Assembly: GCA_963792585.1 (NCBI GenBank)
Contig: CAWBWI010000003.1
Coordinates: 352,001-416,000 of the forward strand
DNA: 64,000 bases
Source: Candidatus Eiseniibacteriota bacterium
GTDB lineage: Bacteria; Eisenbacteria; RBG-16-71-46; CAIMUX01; VGJL01
Direction: 5' to 3'
Position numbers and translations under genes: made by a program. Positions 22,694 through 34,879 of this stretch are shown here, piece by piece; the first letter of the stretch is position 1, and each line of letters begins with the position of its first letter. The notes below the pieces were generated by a model that was not told where the DNA came from, ran no database searches, and was given only the letters and a program-made list of their open reading frames with translations.

Positions 22694-22931
22694 GGACGGC
22701 CATCCATCGGCCGGAGGCCGAGGTGGGGTCGGCGACCGGCTCCGGTGAGCTGGGCAGCGAAATCGGGTTCGTTGGAGATGGGCGCGGCGATGGACAGAAC
22801 CGGTAGCGGAACGGCGACCGAGGCGTTGCATGGCGGCAGGAAGGCGCATTCGATCGTGGTTTGGTCTGAGAGAACGGCGAGCCATGGCCCGGGGTCGACC
22901 GAGGACAACCCGGTCGTCGCGTGGATCTTCG

Positions 22932-23162
22932 CTAGGCTCTGGTCCGCCCGTCGATCTGCGAGAAGATCTCGTCCTCCTCGGGGAATCGTCCTAGAGACTT
23001 CTTGGAGAAGATCAGAGATCCGTCGACCGTGACCTCGAATACGCCGCCGGAACTGGGGATGAGCTTCGGCGCGATCCCGTATTTCGCTTCGATCGCCTCC
23101 GCCAAACTGACGGCACGGGGATCGTAGTTTCAGACCTGGCAGTACTCGATTGAGATCTTCAC
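22932..23162 (-). CDS. Rdx/SelW-family selenoprotein (76 aa, CxxU)
   Basis: Manual translation: MKISIEYCQV-U(TGA 23130-23132)-NYDPRAVSLAEAIEAKYGIAPKLIPSSGGVFEVTVDGSLIFSKKSLGRFPEEDEIFSQIDGRTRA. Family motifs IEYCxxU, GGVFEV and GRFP lie on both sides of the TGA. Confidence 0.92.
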
Positions 23163-23184
23163 GGATGTTCCTCTTCCGCCGGAA

Positions 23185-23385
23185 TCAGCCGGTGATCGAC
23201 TCTTGGGGGACGAAGAGCCACAGGAGGATGTAGGCGAGCAACCCCGCCCCGAAGCTCAGGGCCGCAACCACCCAGATCACGCGCACGAGGACCGGATCCA
23301 GGCCGAAGTAGTTGGCCAGCCCGCCGCAGACCCCCGCGATCATCTTGTCCGTGCGCGACCGATAAAGCCGTTTGGTTTCTACCAT
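23185..23385 (-). CDS. PspC domain protein
   Basis: KRLYRSRTDKMIAGVCGGLANYFGLDPVLVR...AYILLWLFVP. Confidence 0.93.
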   Translation of the reverse strand: MVETKRLYRSRTDKMIAGVCGGLANYFGLDPVLVRVIWVVAALSFGAGLLAYILLWLFVPQESITG

Positions 23386-23655
23386 GACTTCAAGATCCCA
23401 CACCGAGGGGGTGGACGCAACGGCCCAGGGGGGCGGCTTGCCCCGACGTCAGCGGATCGGTGCCCGCGCCTGGGCAAGCCCCGACACGCCAGGGCGCTCA
23501 ACATGCCGCTATGGAATGGAGGGGTCGACATGGAACCTCCTTCGGAGGGATGAGCCCCTCCCTTGACCCCGTACCTGAACCCTCCCTACTCTACTTTCGT
23601 TCCCGAGCCTGCCGACGATTTCGAGTCCATCACACCCCGAACGGAGGGATCACCC

Positions 23656-24144
23656 ATGACCCCGAAGGAGCTGGCCGCCTATGCGGACGGGACTTACCGA
23701 GCGAGCGCAGGGCTCATCCGCATGGCGCCCGAGGATCGATGGGATTGGAAACCCCAGGGATCGAACTACATGACGATCGGGCAACTCTGTCATCACTTGG
23801 CCGAAGCGACGGGTAAGGGAGTCCGAGGTTTCGTGATGGGGGATTGGGGGCCGCCGCCGGAGGGGCAGAAGATGCCGGCGGCGGAGACGCTACCGTCGTG
23901 CACCAAACAGGAGGCCCTCGATCTCCTCGAGGATGACCGACTCCTGATGCATGAGATTCTCGACACGCTGCCTTCCGAGGACTTCGACCACCGGGTGGTG
24001 AAGGCGCCTTGGGGGGGAGAAGGACCGCTGTGGAGCTACTGCCTGCTCATGGTCGAGCATCAATCGAACCACAAGATGCAGCTCTTCCAGTACCTGAAGC
24101 AGATGGGGCTCGAGATTCACACGGGGCACCTGTATGGAGTGTAA
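23656..24144 (+). CDS. DinB/YfiT-family protein
   Basis: WDWKP..MTIGQLCHHLA and EHQSNHKMQLFQYLK. Confidence 0.85.
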   Translation: MTPKELAAYADGTYRASAGLIRMAPEDRWDWKPQGSNYMTIGQLCHHLAEATGKGVRGFVMGDWGPPPEGQKMPAAETLPSCTKQEALDLLEDDRLLMHEILDTLPSEDFDHRVVKAPWGGEGPLWSYCLLMVEHQSNHKMQLFQYLKQMGLEIHTGHLYGV

Positions 24145-24781
24145 GGGTCTCCGGAAAGCCTTCTGTGCACTGCTCTTCGGGGTCATGGTCTTTTCCGCGT
24201 GCTCGTCGGAAGAGAAACCCGCGCCCAAACCGGCCCCGTCGGCGAGCCCCGCGGTGCAGTACGAGGAACTGAAGTTCGTTGCCGATCCAACGCTTCTCGG
24301 ATTCGTCTATTCCGAGCCCTCGCTCGGGATCAGCATTGCGCCCCCTCGTGATTGGCCCTCGATGGACCCCGACTCGCTGGCGAAGCTGCAGTCGCAGTAC
24401 GACAAGTTGGCTGCCGGCAACAACAACTTCGTCGCGCGCCCGGTCCGGATCTTCTATGAAGAGAACCGGCGGCTCTTCATGAGCATCTCGCGGTTTCCGT
24501 CCTGGCCTGTGGTGATGAGTCCGCAGGTGGCGATCGCCCAGTACCGGCAGCTCGTCATGGCGGCGATGCCGGAAGCGCAAATGATGGACGGCTTCTTTCG
24601 CAACGGAGACGTGACCGGCTACCGGTTGCTGCTCGTGAACAACATGATGGCCAACTTCCGCATCGTGGTGATGCGCGAGGGGCAAGCCCCGGTCCAGATC
24701 AACTATCTCGTGCCCCGGGGTCTCTTCCCGGAACTGCAGAAGGCGATCGAGGCGTCCGTCGGGTCGATTCGCTACATCTAG
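24134..24781 (+). CDS. Hypothetical lipoprotein
   Basis: Signal peptide ending FSAC, followed by a Pro/Ala linker; 215 aa. Confidence 0.65.
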   Translation: MECKGLRKAFCALLFGVMVFSACSSEEKPAPKPAPSASPAVQYEELKFVADPTLLGFVYSEPSLGISIAPPRDWPSMDPDSLAKLQSQYDKLAAGNNNFVARPVRIFYEENRRLFMSISRFPSWPVVMSPQVAIAQYRQLVMAAMPEAQMMDGFFRNGDVTGYRLLLVNNMMANFRIVVMREGQAPVQINYLVPRGLFPELQKAIEASVGSIRYI

Positions 24782-25746
24782 GAGTCCTGAGATCCATTGG
24801 CGGGGGGCTCGCGGTCCTTCGGGTCCTCCGTCGTTGCGTTTCTACCGGCGCGGAACCGCCCCTCTTCCAGCTCATCGAGCGATCGGGGCCAATCCCCCTT
24901 CAGCAGCCTCGATAGGCCCCGATCGGCCAGCAACTTTCCTCCGGTCTGGCATCGCGCGCAGTAGTTCGTCTCGTTTTCCGCGTAGCGGATCCGCTGAACC
25001 GGGGCGCCGCAAACGGGACACGGCTTCTCATAGCGTCCATGAACGGCCATCTCGGGTCGGAAGGCGGTGACCTTCTCCGGGAATTCGCCCCCCGCCTGAT
25101 TGCGCAGCAGATCAGTCCACTCGATCAATACTGCGCGGACGGCCTCGTACAGGGTCCCGATCTCGGGATCGCTGAGCTGGCGGGTCAACCGGACGGGGGA
25201 GAGGCGTGCGCGGTGGAGGATCTCGTCCGAGTAGGAGTTTCCGATCCCGCTAAAGAGGCGCGGGTCGGTGAGGGATCGCTTCAACGTGTGGTTCTCGCGC
25301 AGAAGCGCTGCGCGAAACGTCCCGAGATCGGCATCGAGGACCTCGATGCCCCCGCGATCGAGTGCGCGTAGATCCTCCGACCCGCGAACGAGTCGGATCG
25401 AGGCGCGCCGGTTCTTGCTCGCTTCCGTGAGGGTGAGGGTTCCGTTCGGAAAGTCGAGAGCGACGAGATTGATCTTGCCGCCGAGTTTGGCGTCGGACGG
25501 CTTCCAGTGGAGCCGTCCCGCGATCATCAGGTGGATCACGAGGTAGAGATCCTCTTGCAGCGCGATGACGATCCGCTTGCCGATACGGAAGACGTCGATC
25601 ACCGACTTGTTGACGGCTTCCTCGATCGGCGGCTCGAACGAGCGGAGGACGAAGGGGTTGGCGATGCGAACACCGCGCAGTTCGGCGCCACGGATGCGTG
25701 CGGAGATCGCCTCGATGTAGACGGTGATGTCGGGGAGCTCGGGCAT
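24778..25746 (-). CDS. mutM: Fpg/Nei-family DNA glycosylase
   Basis: N-terminal MPELPD, HLMIAG, H2TH motif SGIGNSYSDEIL, zinc finger CPVC...YCARCQ. Confidence 0.88.
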   Translation of the reverse strand: MPELPDITVYIEAISARIRGAELRGVRIANPFVLRSFEPPIEEAVNKSVIDVFRIGKRIVIALQEDLYLVIHLMIAGRLHWKPSDAKLGGKINLVALDFPNGTLTLTEASKNRRASIRLVRGSEDLRALDRGGIEVLDADLGTFRAALLRENHTLKRSLTDPRLFSGIGNSYSDEILHRARLSPVRLTRQLSDPEIGTLYEAVRAVLIEWTDLLRNQAGGEFPEKVTAFRPEMAVHGRYEKPCPVCGAPVQRIRYAENETNYCARCQTGGKLLADRGLSRLLKGDWPRSLDELEEGRFRAGRNATTEDPKDREPPANGSQDS

Positions 25747-25750
25747 CGGC

Positions 25751-26916
25751 CTACGCCGCGCGAAGCGCGTCGGTCACAGTCCTTCGGGCGGCATTGCGCG
25801 CGGGGAAGTACCCGCCGATCGCACCGAGGAGGATCGAGGCGATGAGCCCCGTGAGGAGGATGCCGGGCGTGAGGCGGAACTGGAATGCGATCTCGCTGAA
25901 GGATGACCAGTTCGTGGTACCCGTCGACATGCCGTGGATCGGGAGCGCCAGAGCGCAACCGATGAGCCCGCCGACGAGGGAGAGGAGTATCGACTCGATC
26001 ATGAAGCTCACCAGGATGTTCGCGGGCGTGAAGCCGAGCGCCAGCATCGTCCCGATCTCGCGCGTCCTAGCCCCGACTGCGGCATACATCGTGTTCAGCG
26101 CCCCGAAGATGGCCCCGAAGGCCATGACGACGACGAGAAACATTCCAAGGACCCGGATCACCTGCGCGAGCTGCTTGGACTGGGCGCTGTAGTAATCGTT
26201 CTCGCGAAAGGCATCGACGTGCAGTCGGGGATCGGCCTCGAGACGTTCTTTCATCATCCCGAAGGCGTTCGGATCGAGCATCCGCATCGTGACCGATGAG
26301 TAGGCGTCGCGATCGAATGCGGGAAGGAGCGACTCGACGTCTCCCCAGATCTCCGACTCGAACCCGCTCCCTCCGGATTCGAAGATGCCGACGACGAGCC
26401 AGTCGCGTGAACCGAAGCGAAGGGTCGACCCGAGTTGGCATCCCAGGAATCGTCTCGAGAGGGCGCGTCCGACCATCACCTCATCGACGCCCGGACGGAA
26501 GGGGCGCCCTTCGGCAATCCGCACGGAGGGTCGAAGCGCCAGACCCTGCTCGCCGATACCCCGCACCGTGATGTTCGAGGTGCCACCGCTCCTGCGCTCC
26601 AGGTTCGTGAGGACGACGGACTCATCGCTCACGCATGGCGATACCGCCGGGAAGGCTCGCCACGCTTCGGGTCCGCGTCGATGATGTGGGCGACCTCCCG
26701 GCCCAAGCCCGACTGCATCTCCGTCTGGGAGCCGGTACGGATCACGAGAACGTTGTCCGGGCTGCCCGTCGCGACGAGGGTTTCCTGGAATCCGTGGGCG
26801 AGCGCGAGGGTCAGCACCAGCACGGCGACGACCAGCGCGATCCCGCCGGCGGTCATCAGGGTCGCCGTCTTTCGGACGAATAGGTTGCGCAGGTTGTATT
26901 CCAGGGGGATCGCCAT
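25751..26916 (-). CDS. MacB/FtsX-type ABC permease (frameshifted)
   Basis: YNLRNLFVRK N-terminus and ARTREIGTMLALGF permease motif. Confidence 0.88.
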
Positions 26917-26920
26917 GCGT

Positions 26921-28073
26921 CTATCCCGAATGCCGGAGCGCGTCGACCACCTTGAGTCGCGAGGCGTTCCAGGCGGGAATCGCCCCGCTGATCAGGCCGA
27001 GGGTCGAGAGCGATCCCGAGGGCGCGCAGGATCGTCCCGTCGGTGACGTACGAAGCCGCGGAAAGAAACCACCGGCTGTGAAGTCGGTCAGGCCGAAGAT
27101 GAGGCGGGCCAGACCCGCCCCGAGCAGACCCCCGAGGAGTGAGATCATCAGCGACTCGCGCAAGGACGAGGTCCAGAACGGCTCGGTCGGTGAAGCCGAG
27201 CGCCTTCAGGACGGCCATCTCTCGGGTCCGCTCCCGGGCGGCCATCATCATCGTGTTCATCGAGACGAGCATGATCGCGATCACGATCGCCGTCCCGACG
27301 GCGTAGATGACCGTCTGGATGTTGCCGAGCATGGTGATGAAGCCGAGCTGGAACGCCTTCTCGGTCTCGGTCTTGGTTTCGGCTGGGCTGTTGGCGAAGG
27401 TCGCGTCGACGGCGCGGGCGATGTCGCCCGCTGCGGCCGGGTCATTGATCTCCGAGCAAGTAGATTCCGACCTGGTTGAGATCACCCATCCTCTGGTTCA
27501 GGTACTCCCAGGAGAAGAGCAGGAAGTTCGAGTCGGCGTCGCGGAGAATCGGAGCGGGCGATACCGCGGATCGTGAAGTCCCAGGTGCCGGGGAAGATCG
27601 TTCCCTTCAGCGTGAGCTGATCGCCGACCTTGAACCCGTACTTCTTCGCGAGCTTCTCCCCGACGATGCAGGCCGTCCGCTCGCGCTGGAAGGCCTGGCG
27701 GCCGTCGGGCGGGATGATCGTGTACTCGGGATACATGTCGAGGTAGTTCTTCGGGTCGACCGCGAACTGCGCGAAGAAGTTTCGTTCGTCGATGTAGACG
27801 CCGCCGAACCAGTCCGAGTAGCTCACCCTGTTCACACCCGGCATCTGCGCCAGACGGTCCTTGTACGAGAGGGGAAGGAAGAACGTGAGCGAGGTCGATC
27901 TTCGAATGACGAGACGCGTGGCGCCGCTCATCTTCAGGGATGTCTCGAACGAGGTCAGGACGGTGCGGAGCGTGCAGAAGAGGAACAGCGAGACGACGAT
28001 CGACAGCACGGTCAGGATCGTGCGTCGCTTGCTCCGCAGGGCAGTTACGGAGGATGAAGGGAAGGAACTTCAT
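26921..28073 (-). CDS. MacB/FtsX-type ABC permease (frameshifted)
   Basis: [25 protein letters not shown] and [15 protein letters not shown] recovered across frames. Confidence 0.85.
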
Positions 28074-28775
28074 CGTTCGCCGCGGACCACCTGCTCGACC
28101 AGGATCCCCTTCTCGAGGTGAAGGGTTCGGTCGGCGCGCTCGGCCGCATGCGGATCGTGCGTGACCATGACGATCGCCTTGCCGAACTCCCGGTGCAAGC
28201 GCTGGAGGAGGTCGAGAACGTATCCGGCGCTCGAGGCATCGAGGTCCCCGGTCGGCTCGTCGGCTACGCAGTAGGGTCGGATCGGTCACGATCGCGCGGG
28301 CGATCGCCACTCGTTGCTCCTGTCCCCCGGAGAGCTGGCGCGGGAAGTGATCCATCCGGTCTGCGAGGCCCACAATCTCGAGGGCGGCGATGACGTGCTG
28401 CTTGCGCGCGGTGCGGGAGAGTCCCGTCAACAGGAGGGGCAACTCGACGTTCTGGTAGGCGGTCAGGACCGGGATGAGGTTGTACGTTTGGAAGATGAAT
28501 CCAATGTGACGCGAACGAAATGAGGCGAGCTGGGAACTCGAAAGCTCGGCCAGGTCGATCCCCGCGACGATCACGCGGCCGTCCGTCGGTGTGTCGATTC
28601 CGCTGATCAGGTTCAGGATCGTCGACTTGCCGGATCCGGAGGGTCCCATGAGACCGAGGAACTCACCTGCTTCCACCTGCAGGTCCAGACGCTCGAGCAC
28701 GGGGATCCGGATCGAATCCCGGCGATAGACCTTCGTCACCCCTTCGAGACGGACGATCGGATCGGTGGCGCTCAT
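28070..28775 (-). CDS. ABC transporter ATP-binding subunit (frameshifted)
   Basis: GPSGSGKS and [14 protein letters not shown]. The frame breaks at the Walker B motif. Confidence 0.9.
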
Positions 28776-28783
28776 CCGTCGAC

Positions 28784-30029
28784 CTACTGCGGGTTCGCTA
28801 TGCGCACGCGCTGGCCCTTGCGAAGACGCGCCGGCTTCAGGACGACCTGGTCCCCCTCGGCCACGCCGGACGCAATCTCAGCCGTCGCGCCTTGGGTCAT
28901 CAGGATCGTTTCCCCGAGCGTGACCACGGCCTGTTCGACCTTGCCGTTGCGGACGATCCATACGAACCGTTCGCCGTTCTTCGATTGCACGGCCGCGGAC
29001 GGGAGGCGAATGACCCTTCGGACCGTTACGATCGCGGTCGTGGGACGGGTTTTCAGGAAGGAGACCTTGGCGCCGAGATCGGGACGGATCCGCGGGATCC
29101 TCTGAGAGGAAGCGGACACGAACGGGGATTGTCGCCTTGTCGCGGTCCGCGGATGGGTAGACGGCGCGGACCTCGCCGGGGAAGTGAACATCGGGGTGCG
29201 CGTCGAGCACGACGTCTGCCGGCATCCCATCCGTGATACGGGCGATGTACGACTCGTTGACGTCGACGCCAACCTCGAGGGTCTTCATGTCGGCGATCGT
29301 GACGACGGCGCCCGCCCGGGCGGTGTTGCTCGTCATGATCGGTCCAACGATCTCTCCGACCTCGGCGTCTTTGCGAAGGACGACGCCGCTGAAAGGAGCG
29401 GTCACGCGAGTCTTCTCGAGGGCAAGTCTCGCCGTCTCGAGATTGGCCTGGGCGACGCGGACACTCGCTTCGGCGGCGGAACGATCCGCTCGGGCGGTTT
29501 CGGCTCCGGTCTGCGCGGCCTGCGCCTCCTCATCGGCGATCAGGTTCTGTGTGCGCAACTCCGCCCGGCGCTGCGCGCGGCGTCCAGCATCGGTCTCGGC
29601 GGCGCGCGCCTGTTCGAGTCGCGCCCGGGCGAGCGACAGGGCGGCGTCGGCCTGGCTCACCATCGCGCGCTCGTCTTCGTCGATCAGTCGCGCCACCATC
29701 TGGCCCAGCTGGACGGTGTCCCCCTCTTCCACGTTGACCTCGGCAAGGCGGCCCGTTGTACGCGCCGCGACTGCGGTCTGGTGACGCGCCTCGATGTAGC
29801 CGTTGGCGGTCAAGACCGAACCACCCTCTTCGGCGGGACCGCCCCCTTCCGTCTTGGCCGTGACGACCTCGACGGGGGTCGGTTTCAACAGGATCGAGAG
29901 GAGAACGATCAGGACGACCGCGCCCAAGAGGTAGAATGGCCAGCGGCGGCGACCGCGCGCCGCCCGCCGCTCGCCGTCGCGGATTCGAAGGCGCTCCAAA
30001 TCGGAGACCGAGGAAGTTCGATCGCTCAT
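28784..30029 (-). CDS. Efflux periplasmic adaptor, MacA-like (frameshifted)
   Basis: N-terminal membrane anchor, VEEGDTV, coiled coil, VTAPFSGVV, DVNESYI. Confidence 0.88.
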
Positions 30030-30240
30030 TGGGGTCTCTCCACCGGCTTGCGGCCGGAAAACGTGTCGAAATCAGTCGGATGGGAGGCCGGTACCATGCA
30101 ACGAATTCGCCCCGCCGGCAGGGAACTGTCTATTCTCCCTGACGAGCCGCCATGTTTCAAGGAGCAAGCCGATCGCGGGCGGCGGGTCGTGGGTGCGGAT
30201 CGGCCGCGATGACGGGCCGTTGACCGATGGGGAAACAACG

Positions 30241-32341
30241 ATGCCGACGGATCTAAGGCCACGAACCACACGCACGGTCCTGCCGGGGCAGTACTATCCG
30301 CTGGGCGCGACGCTCGCCGCCGACGGGGTGAACTTCGCGATCTACTCGCAGCACGCGACCGAGGTGTTCCTGCTGCTGTTCGACGATCCCGCGGGGGATC
30401 CGACGGACGTCATCCGGCTCGAGGAGAGAACGCGGAACATTTGGCACGCATTCGTGCGCGGCCTGGGGCCGGGCGCCTCCTATGGCTACAAGATGCGGGG
30501 GCCATTCGACCCCGCGCACGGTTTGCGCTTCAACGAGAACAAGCTCCTGATCGACCCGTATGCAAGGGCGCTGAGCGGCAAGGCCCGAAACCGCGAGAAC
30601 CTACTTCTCCCGTACGATCCCACCTCGCCCGTGAAGGATCTCTCCATCGACACGCGCGACAATGTCCGGATCGTTCCCAAGGCGATCGTCGTCGACGACC
30701 GATTCGACTGGCAGGGCGACGCGCCCCCCGACCTTCCCCTGGAGAAGCTCGTCATCTACGAGGTTCACGTGAAAGGGTTCACCGCGCATCCGTCCTCGGG
30801 GGTTCGGAATCCCGGAACCTACCTCGGCTTCATCGAGAAGATCCCGCATCTGCAGCGGCTGGGCATCAACGCAGTCGAACTGCTTCCGATCCAGGAGTTC
30901 TACGTGGACGACTTCCTGATCGATCGGGGTCTGACGAACTACTGGGGCTACAACACGATCGGGTTCTTCGCCCCGGAGTCCTCCTACGCCTCGGGCGCGC
31001 GGGTGGGATGCCAGGTGGAGGAGTTCAAGTCCATGGTCCGCGCGCTCCACCGCGCAGGGATCGAAGTGATCCTCGACGTTGTGTACAACCACACGGCCGA
31101 GGGCAACGAGCAGGGTCCGATGCTCTCCTTCCGGGGAATCGACAATCCGGCCTATTACGCGCTGACCGGACCTCCGACGCGAACCACGGCGTTTCTACAT
31201 GAACTACACCGGTTGCGGCAACAGCATGAACGTGGCGAGCCCGGCACCGATCCGTCTCGTGATGGATTCGCTCCGTTACTGGGTGGAGGCGATGCACGTC
31301 GACGGTTTTCGCTTCGACCTCGCCTCGGTTCTCGGGCGGGAAGACGGAAGGTTCCAGAAGTCGGCCTCGTTCTTCGACGCGATCTCGCAAGATCCGGTGC
31401 TGAACAGGGTCAAGCTGATCGCCGAACCATGGGATCTGGCGACGTATCAAGTCGGCGGCTTTCCCGTCGACTGGTCGGAGTGGAACGGTCGATTTCGCGA
31501 CACGGTTCGTCGTTTCGTCAAGGGAGACGCGAACCAGGTGCGCGACCTCGGGTGGCGCCTCACCGGGTCGGCGGACCTGTACGCCGACGACGGACGCTCT
31601 CCGTACAACAGCATCAACTTCGTGACCTGCCACGATGGTTTCACATTGTGGGATCTGGTTTCGTACAACGGGAAGCACAACGAGGCGAACGGTGAAGGCA
31701 ACAGAGACGGCTCGGACGACAACAACTCCTGGAACTGCGGGGTGGAGGGAGAGACGGACGCCGTGGGGGTCAATCGGCTCCGGCGGCAACTGGCGAAGAA
31801 CTACATCTGCTCGCTCCTCTTCTCATCGGGCACGCCGATGCTCCTGGGCGGCGACGAGTTCTTACGGACCCAGGGCGGAAACAACAACGCCTACTGCCAG
31901 GACAACGAGACAAGCTGGTTCGACTGGGCCGAGGTGGAGCGAAACGCCGACTTCCTTGCCTTCACGAGGAAGGCGATCGCGTTCACGCGCAGATTCCCCC
32001 TGCTCCAGAGACGCAAGTTCTACGGGAATGGAGGCGCCGAAATCGCCTGGTTCGGAAAGGACCTCAACGCGCCCGCGTGGGACGATCCGGAGTTGCGAAC
32101 CCTGTCATGCATGCTGGGTGGGCGGGATGGCCCGCGGCTGTTCTTCATCCAGAATGCCGACTATCGCACGCAGGGAGTCGCCCTTCCGCCTTCCGCGGGT
32201 CGCGTGCCTTGGCGGCGGGTGATCGACACGAGCCTGCCTGCCGGGGAAGACTTCTCGGAGGAAGGGCAGGAGGGAACCCTCGACAATCAGATCCGCTATC
32301 TCGCGGCGCCGCGGAGCACGGTGGTCCTGGTCGGCGCATGA
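30241..32341 (+). CDS. glgX: Glycogen debranching enzyme (one frameshift near 31170-31200)
   Basis: YPLGAT, NYWGYNT, DVVYNHTAEG, DGFRFDLA, IAEPWD, NFVTCHDGFTL, GNNNAYCQDN. Confidence 0.95.
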
Positions 32342-32467
32342 TGCGGGCGGTCGTGGGAGGGCGTGAGAGCCTCCCGGCCGTAGATCGGAAGCCTGTTCTA
32401 CTGGAAAGCGGACCCCGGGTGGGCTTGAATGGACGGGGCGGAACCGAGGCTCGGGGAGGAGGTCGCG

Positions 32468-33649
32468 ATGGCGGGTTCGGGTCGACGGCGGAGATGGCTC
32501 ATTGGGTGCCTCGGGACGATCGCGCTGATCGTGATCCTCGCGATCGCCGGATCGCTGCGAGGGCCGAGAGTCCCGACGGTCACCGTCGAGCGTAAGCCCC
32601 TCGTCCAGAGGGTCGTCGCCACCGGCCGAGTCCTCGTCCAGAATCGGATCCGCTTCGGCACGATGGCAGCCGGCATCGTGAGCTGCGTCAACGTGGACAA
32701 GGGAGACCGTGTGAAGTCCGGCGATCTCCTCGTCGAGCTTCGGGACGATGAGGCCCAAGCGGCAGTCGATCAGGCCCGGGCGCGTCTCGCGCAGGTTCGC
32801 GACGTGGAGGCAAGGACGGCGGACGAGGATCTCGTACAGGCGGAGACGGCGCTCGCACAGGCCGAGCGGCAATTCCGGCGCGCGGATGCGTTGATCAAGG
32901 ATGGCGGCATATCGACCGAGGAGTTCGACCGCGCGCGGGAATCGCGCGATTCGGCCAAGAGCCGGCGCGACAGCGCGGTCGCCCGGGCGCGAAGCAAGCG
33001 CAACGGCGGCAGCGATGAGCGCTCGGCGGCGGCGGCGCTCTCCCAAGCAGAGGCGCGCCTGGCGTACACCAGAATCACCGCCTCGGCGGAAGGGGTGGTT
33101 CTAAGCCGCGATGTGGAGCCCGGTGACGTCGTGCAGGCCGGCCAGGCGTTGATCGTTGTCGCGAAGGAGGGGCCGACCTATCTCTCCCTGCAGCCGGAGG
33201 AGAAGAACCTCGCCTACCTCAGTGTCGGTCAGGAGGCGATCGCATCGGCCGATGCCTTCGCCGATCGGACCTTCACCGCGCGCATCGATCTGATCGCCCC
33301 GGCCGTCGATCCGGCGCGGGGAACGGTGGAGGTGCGCCTCATCGTGCCGGATCCTCCCGACTACCTCCGTCCCGACATGACTGTTTCCGTCGATGTCGCG
33401 ACTGGGCGAAGCGAAAACGCGCTCGTGGTTCCGACCGACGCGGTGCGGGACGCGGATGGGGGCCGCCCTTGGCTCTATCTCGCGCGCAACGGACGGGCGG
33501 AGCGCCGGGAGATCGTCCTCGGGATTCGGGGGCAGGGCGTCGTCGAAGTGCGCGACGGTGTCGCAGAAGGGGATCGCGTGATCCTGGCGACGGCGCGCGT
33601 CCGCGAGGGGCAGCGCGTCCGGACGGTCTCCCAGCGGTCGGCGTCGTAG
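32468..33649 (+). CDS. Efflux periplasmic adaptor, MacA-like
   Basis: Membrane anchor, VDKGDRVKSG, coiled coil, LRPDMT. ATG follows GGAGGAGG. Confidence 0.9.
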   Translation: MAGSGRRRRWLIGCLGTIALIVILAIAGSLRGPRVPTVTVERKPLVQRVVATGRVLVQNRIRFGTMAAGIVSCVNVDKGDRVKSGDLLVELRDDEAQAAVDQARARLAQVRDVEARTADEDLVQAETALAQAERQFRRADALIKDGGISTEEFDRARESRDSAKSRRDSAVARARSKRNGGSDERSAAAALSQAEARLAYTRITASAEGVVLSRDVEPGDVVQAGQALIVVAKEGPTYLSLQPEEKNLAYLSVGQEAIASADAFADRTFTARIDLIAPAVDPARGTVEVRLIVPDPPDYLRPDMTVSVDVATGRSENALVVPTDAVRDADGGRPWLYLARNGRAERREIVLGIRGQGVVEVRDGVAEGDRVILATARVREGQRVRTVSQRSAS

Positions 33650-33657
33650 GACTCGCG

Positions 33658-34875
33658 ATGCCATTTTCCTGGTTTGTCGCTCTCCGCTACCTCCGCGAGG
33701 GACGCATGCAGACCCTCTTGATCCTCGCTGGCGTGGCGGTCGGCGTGGGTGTCATCATCTTCCTCACCGCCCTGATCGACGGCCTGCAAACGACTTTGAT
33801 CGACCGCACTCTCGGTTACCAGGCACACATCGTCGTGCGTCCCCCGGAGGAGGCGCCGCGCCCGCTCGCCGTCGAGGAAGGGGCCGCCCTCGATTTCCGG
33901 ATCGAGAAGCCGGCGCAGCGGATCCGCTCGATCAACCAGTGGGGTCAGATCGTCGATCTGATCAATCGGACCCCGGGGGTGACGGCGACTTCGGCGGCCG
34001 CCTCGGGCGCCGCCTTCGCGACCCGGGGAAGCGCGAGTCGCTCGATCTTCCTTCGTGGAGTCGATCCCGATCGCTTCAACAAGATCATCGACGTTCAGAA
34101 GAACATCCAAGCGGGCAGATTCGCTCTGGGGGGGGGACGGGCGGCAATCGGTGTGGAGCTTGCGAAGGACCTGGGCATCCGCATCGGCGACAAGATGCGG
34201 GTCGCCACCCTCGAGGGGCGCGGCGACGTATTCACCGTCAGCGGAATCTTCGACCTGCAGAACCTGGATGTGAATCAGCGCTGGGTCCTGGTCGCCCTAC
34301 CCGCCGCGCAGACGATTCTCGACCTGTCCGGCGGGGTCTCGACGATCGAGGTCAAGGTCGCTGACGTCTTCACGGCGGAGCGGATCGCAGGAGCGATCCA
34401 GGCGAAGACGGGACTGATTGCGGAGAGCTGGATGGAGTTGAACCAGCAACTGCTTGTAGGGCTGAAATCCCAGAACAGCTCACGCTACATGATCGAGCTC
34501 TTCGTCGTCATCGCCGTGGCCCTTGGGATCGCGAGCGTGCTCGTGGTGTGGGTCGTGCAGAAGAACCGCGAGATCGGAATCTTGCGCGCGGTCGGCACCT
34601 CCCGCGGGCAGATCCTGCGTATCTTCCTGATTCAGGGTGCGGTTCTCGGGCTCCTCGGCGCGCTCGGAGGAATGATCGTCGGCACCGGCCTCTCCCACTT
34701 CTTCCAGACCCTGGCGCGCAACCCGGATGGTTCCCCGACCTTCCCGGTCGCGCTGAACCTCGCGCTCTACCTCGGCGCCGCGGCCCTGGCGACGGTCACG
34801 GGGCTCGTGGCATCGGTCGCGCCGGCGCGGCGCGCGGCAGGACTCGATCCCGCCGACGCGATTCATCAGGGATAG
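33658..34875 (+). CDS. LolC/E-MacB-type ABC permease
   Basis: [27 protein letters not shown]. Confidence 0.9.
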   Translation: MPFSWFVALRYLREGRMQTLLILAGVAVGVGVIIFLTALIDGLQTTLIDRTLGYQAHIVVRPPEEAPRPLAVEEGAALDFRIEKPAQRIRSINQWGQIVDLINRTPGVTATSAAASGAAFATRGSASRSIFLRGVDPDRFNKIIDVQKNIQAGRFALGGGRAAIGVELAKDLGIRIGDKMRVATLEGRGDVFTVSGIFDLQNLDVNQRWVLVALPAAQTILDLSGGVSTIEVKVADVFTAERIAGAIQAKTGLIAESWMELNQQLLVGLKSQNSSRYMIELFVVIAVALGIASVLVVWVVQKNREIGILRAVGTSRGQILRIFLIQGAVLGLLGALGGMIVGTGLSHFFQTLARNPDGSPTFPVALNLALYLGAAALATVTGLVASVAPARRAAGLDPADAIHQG

Positions 34876-34879
34876 CGCG

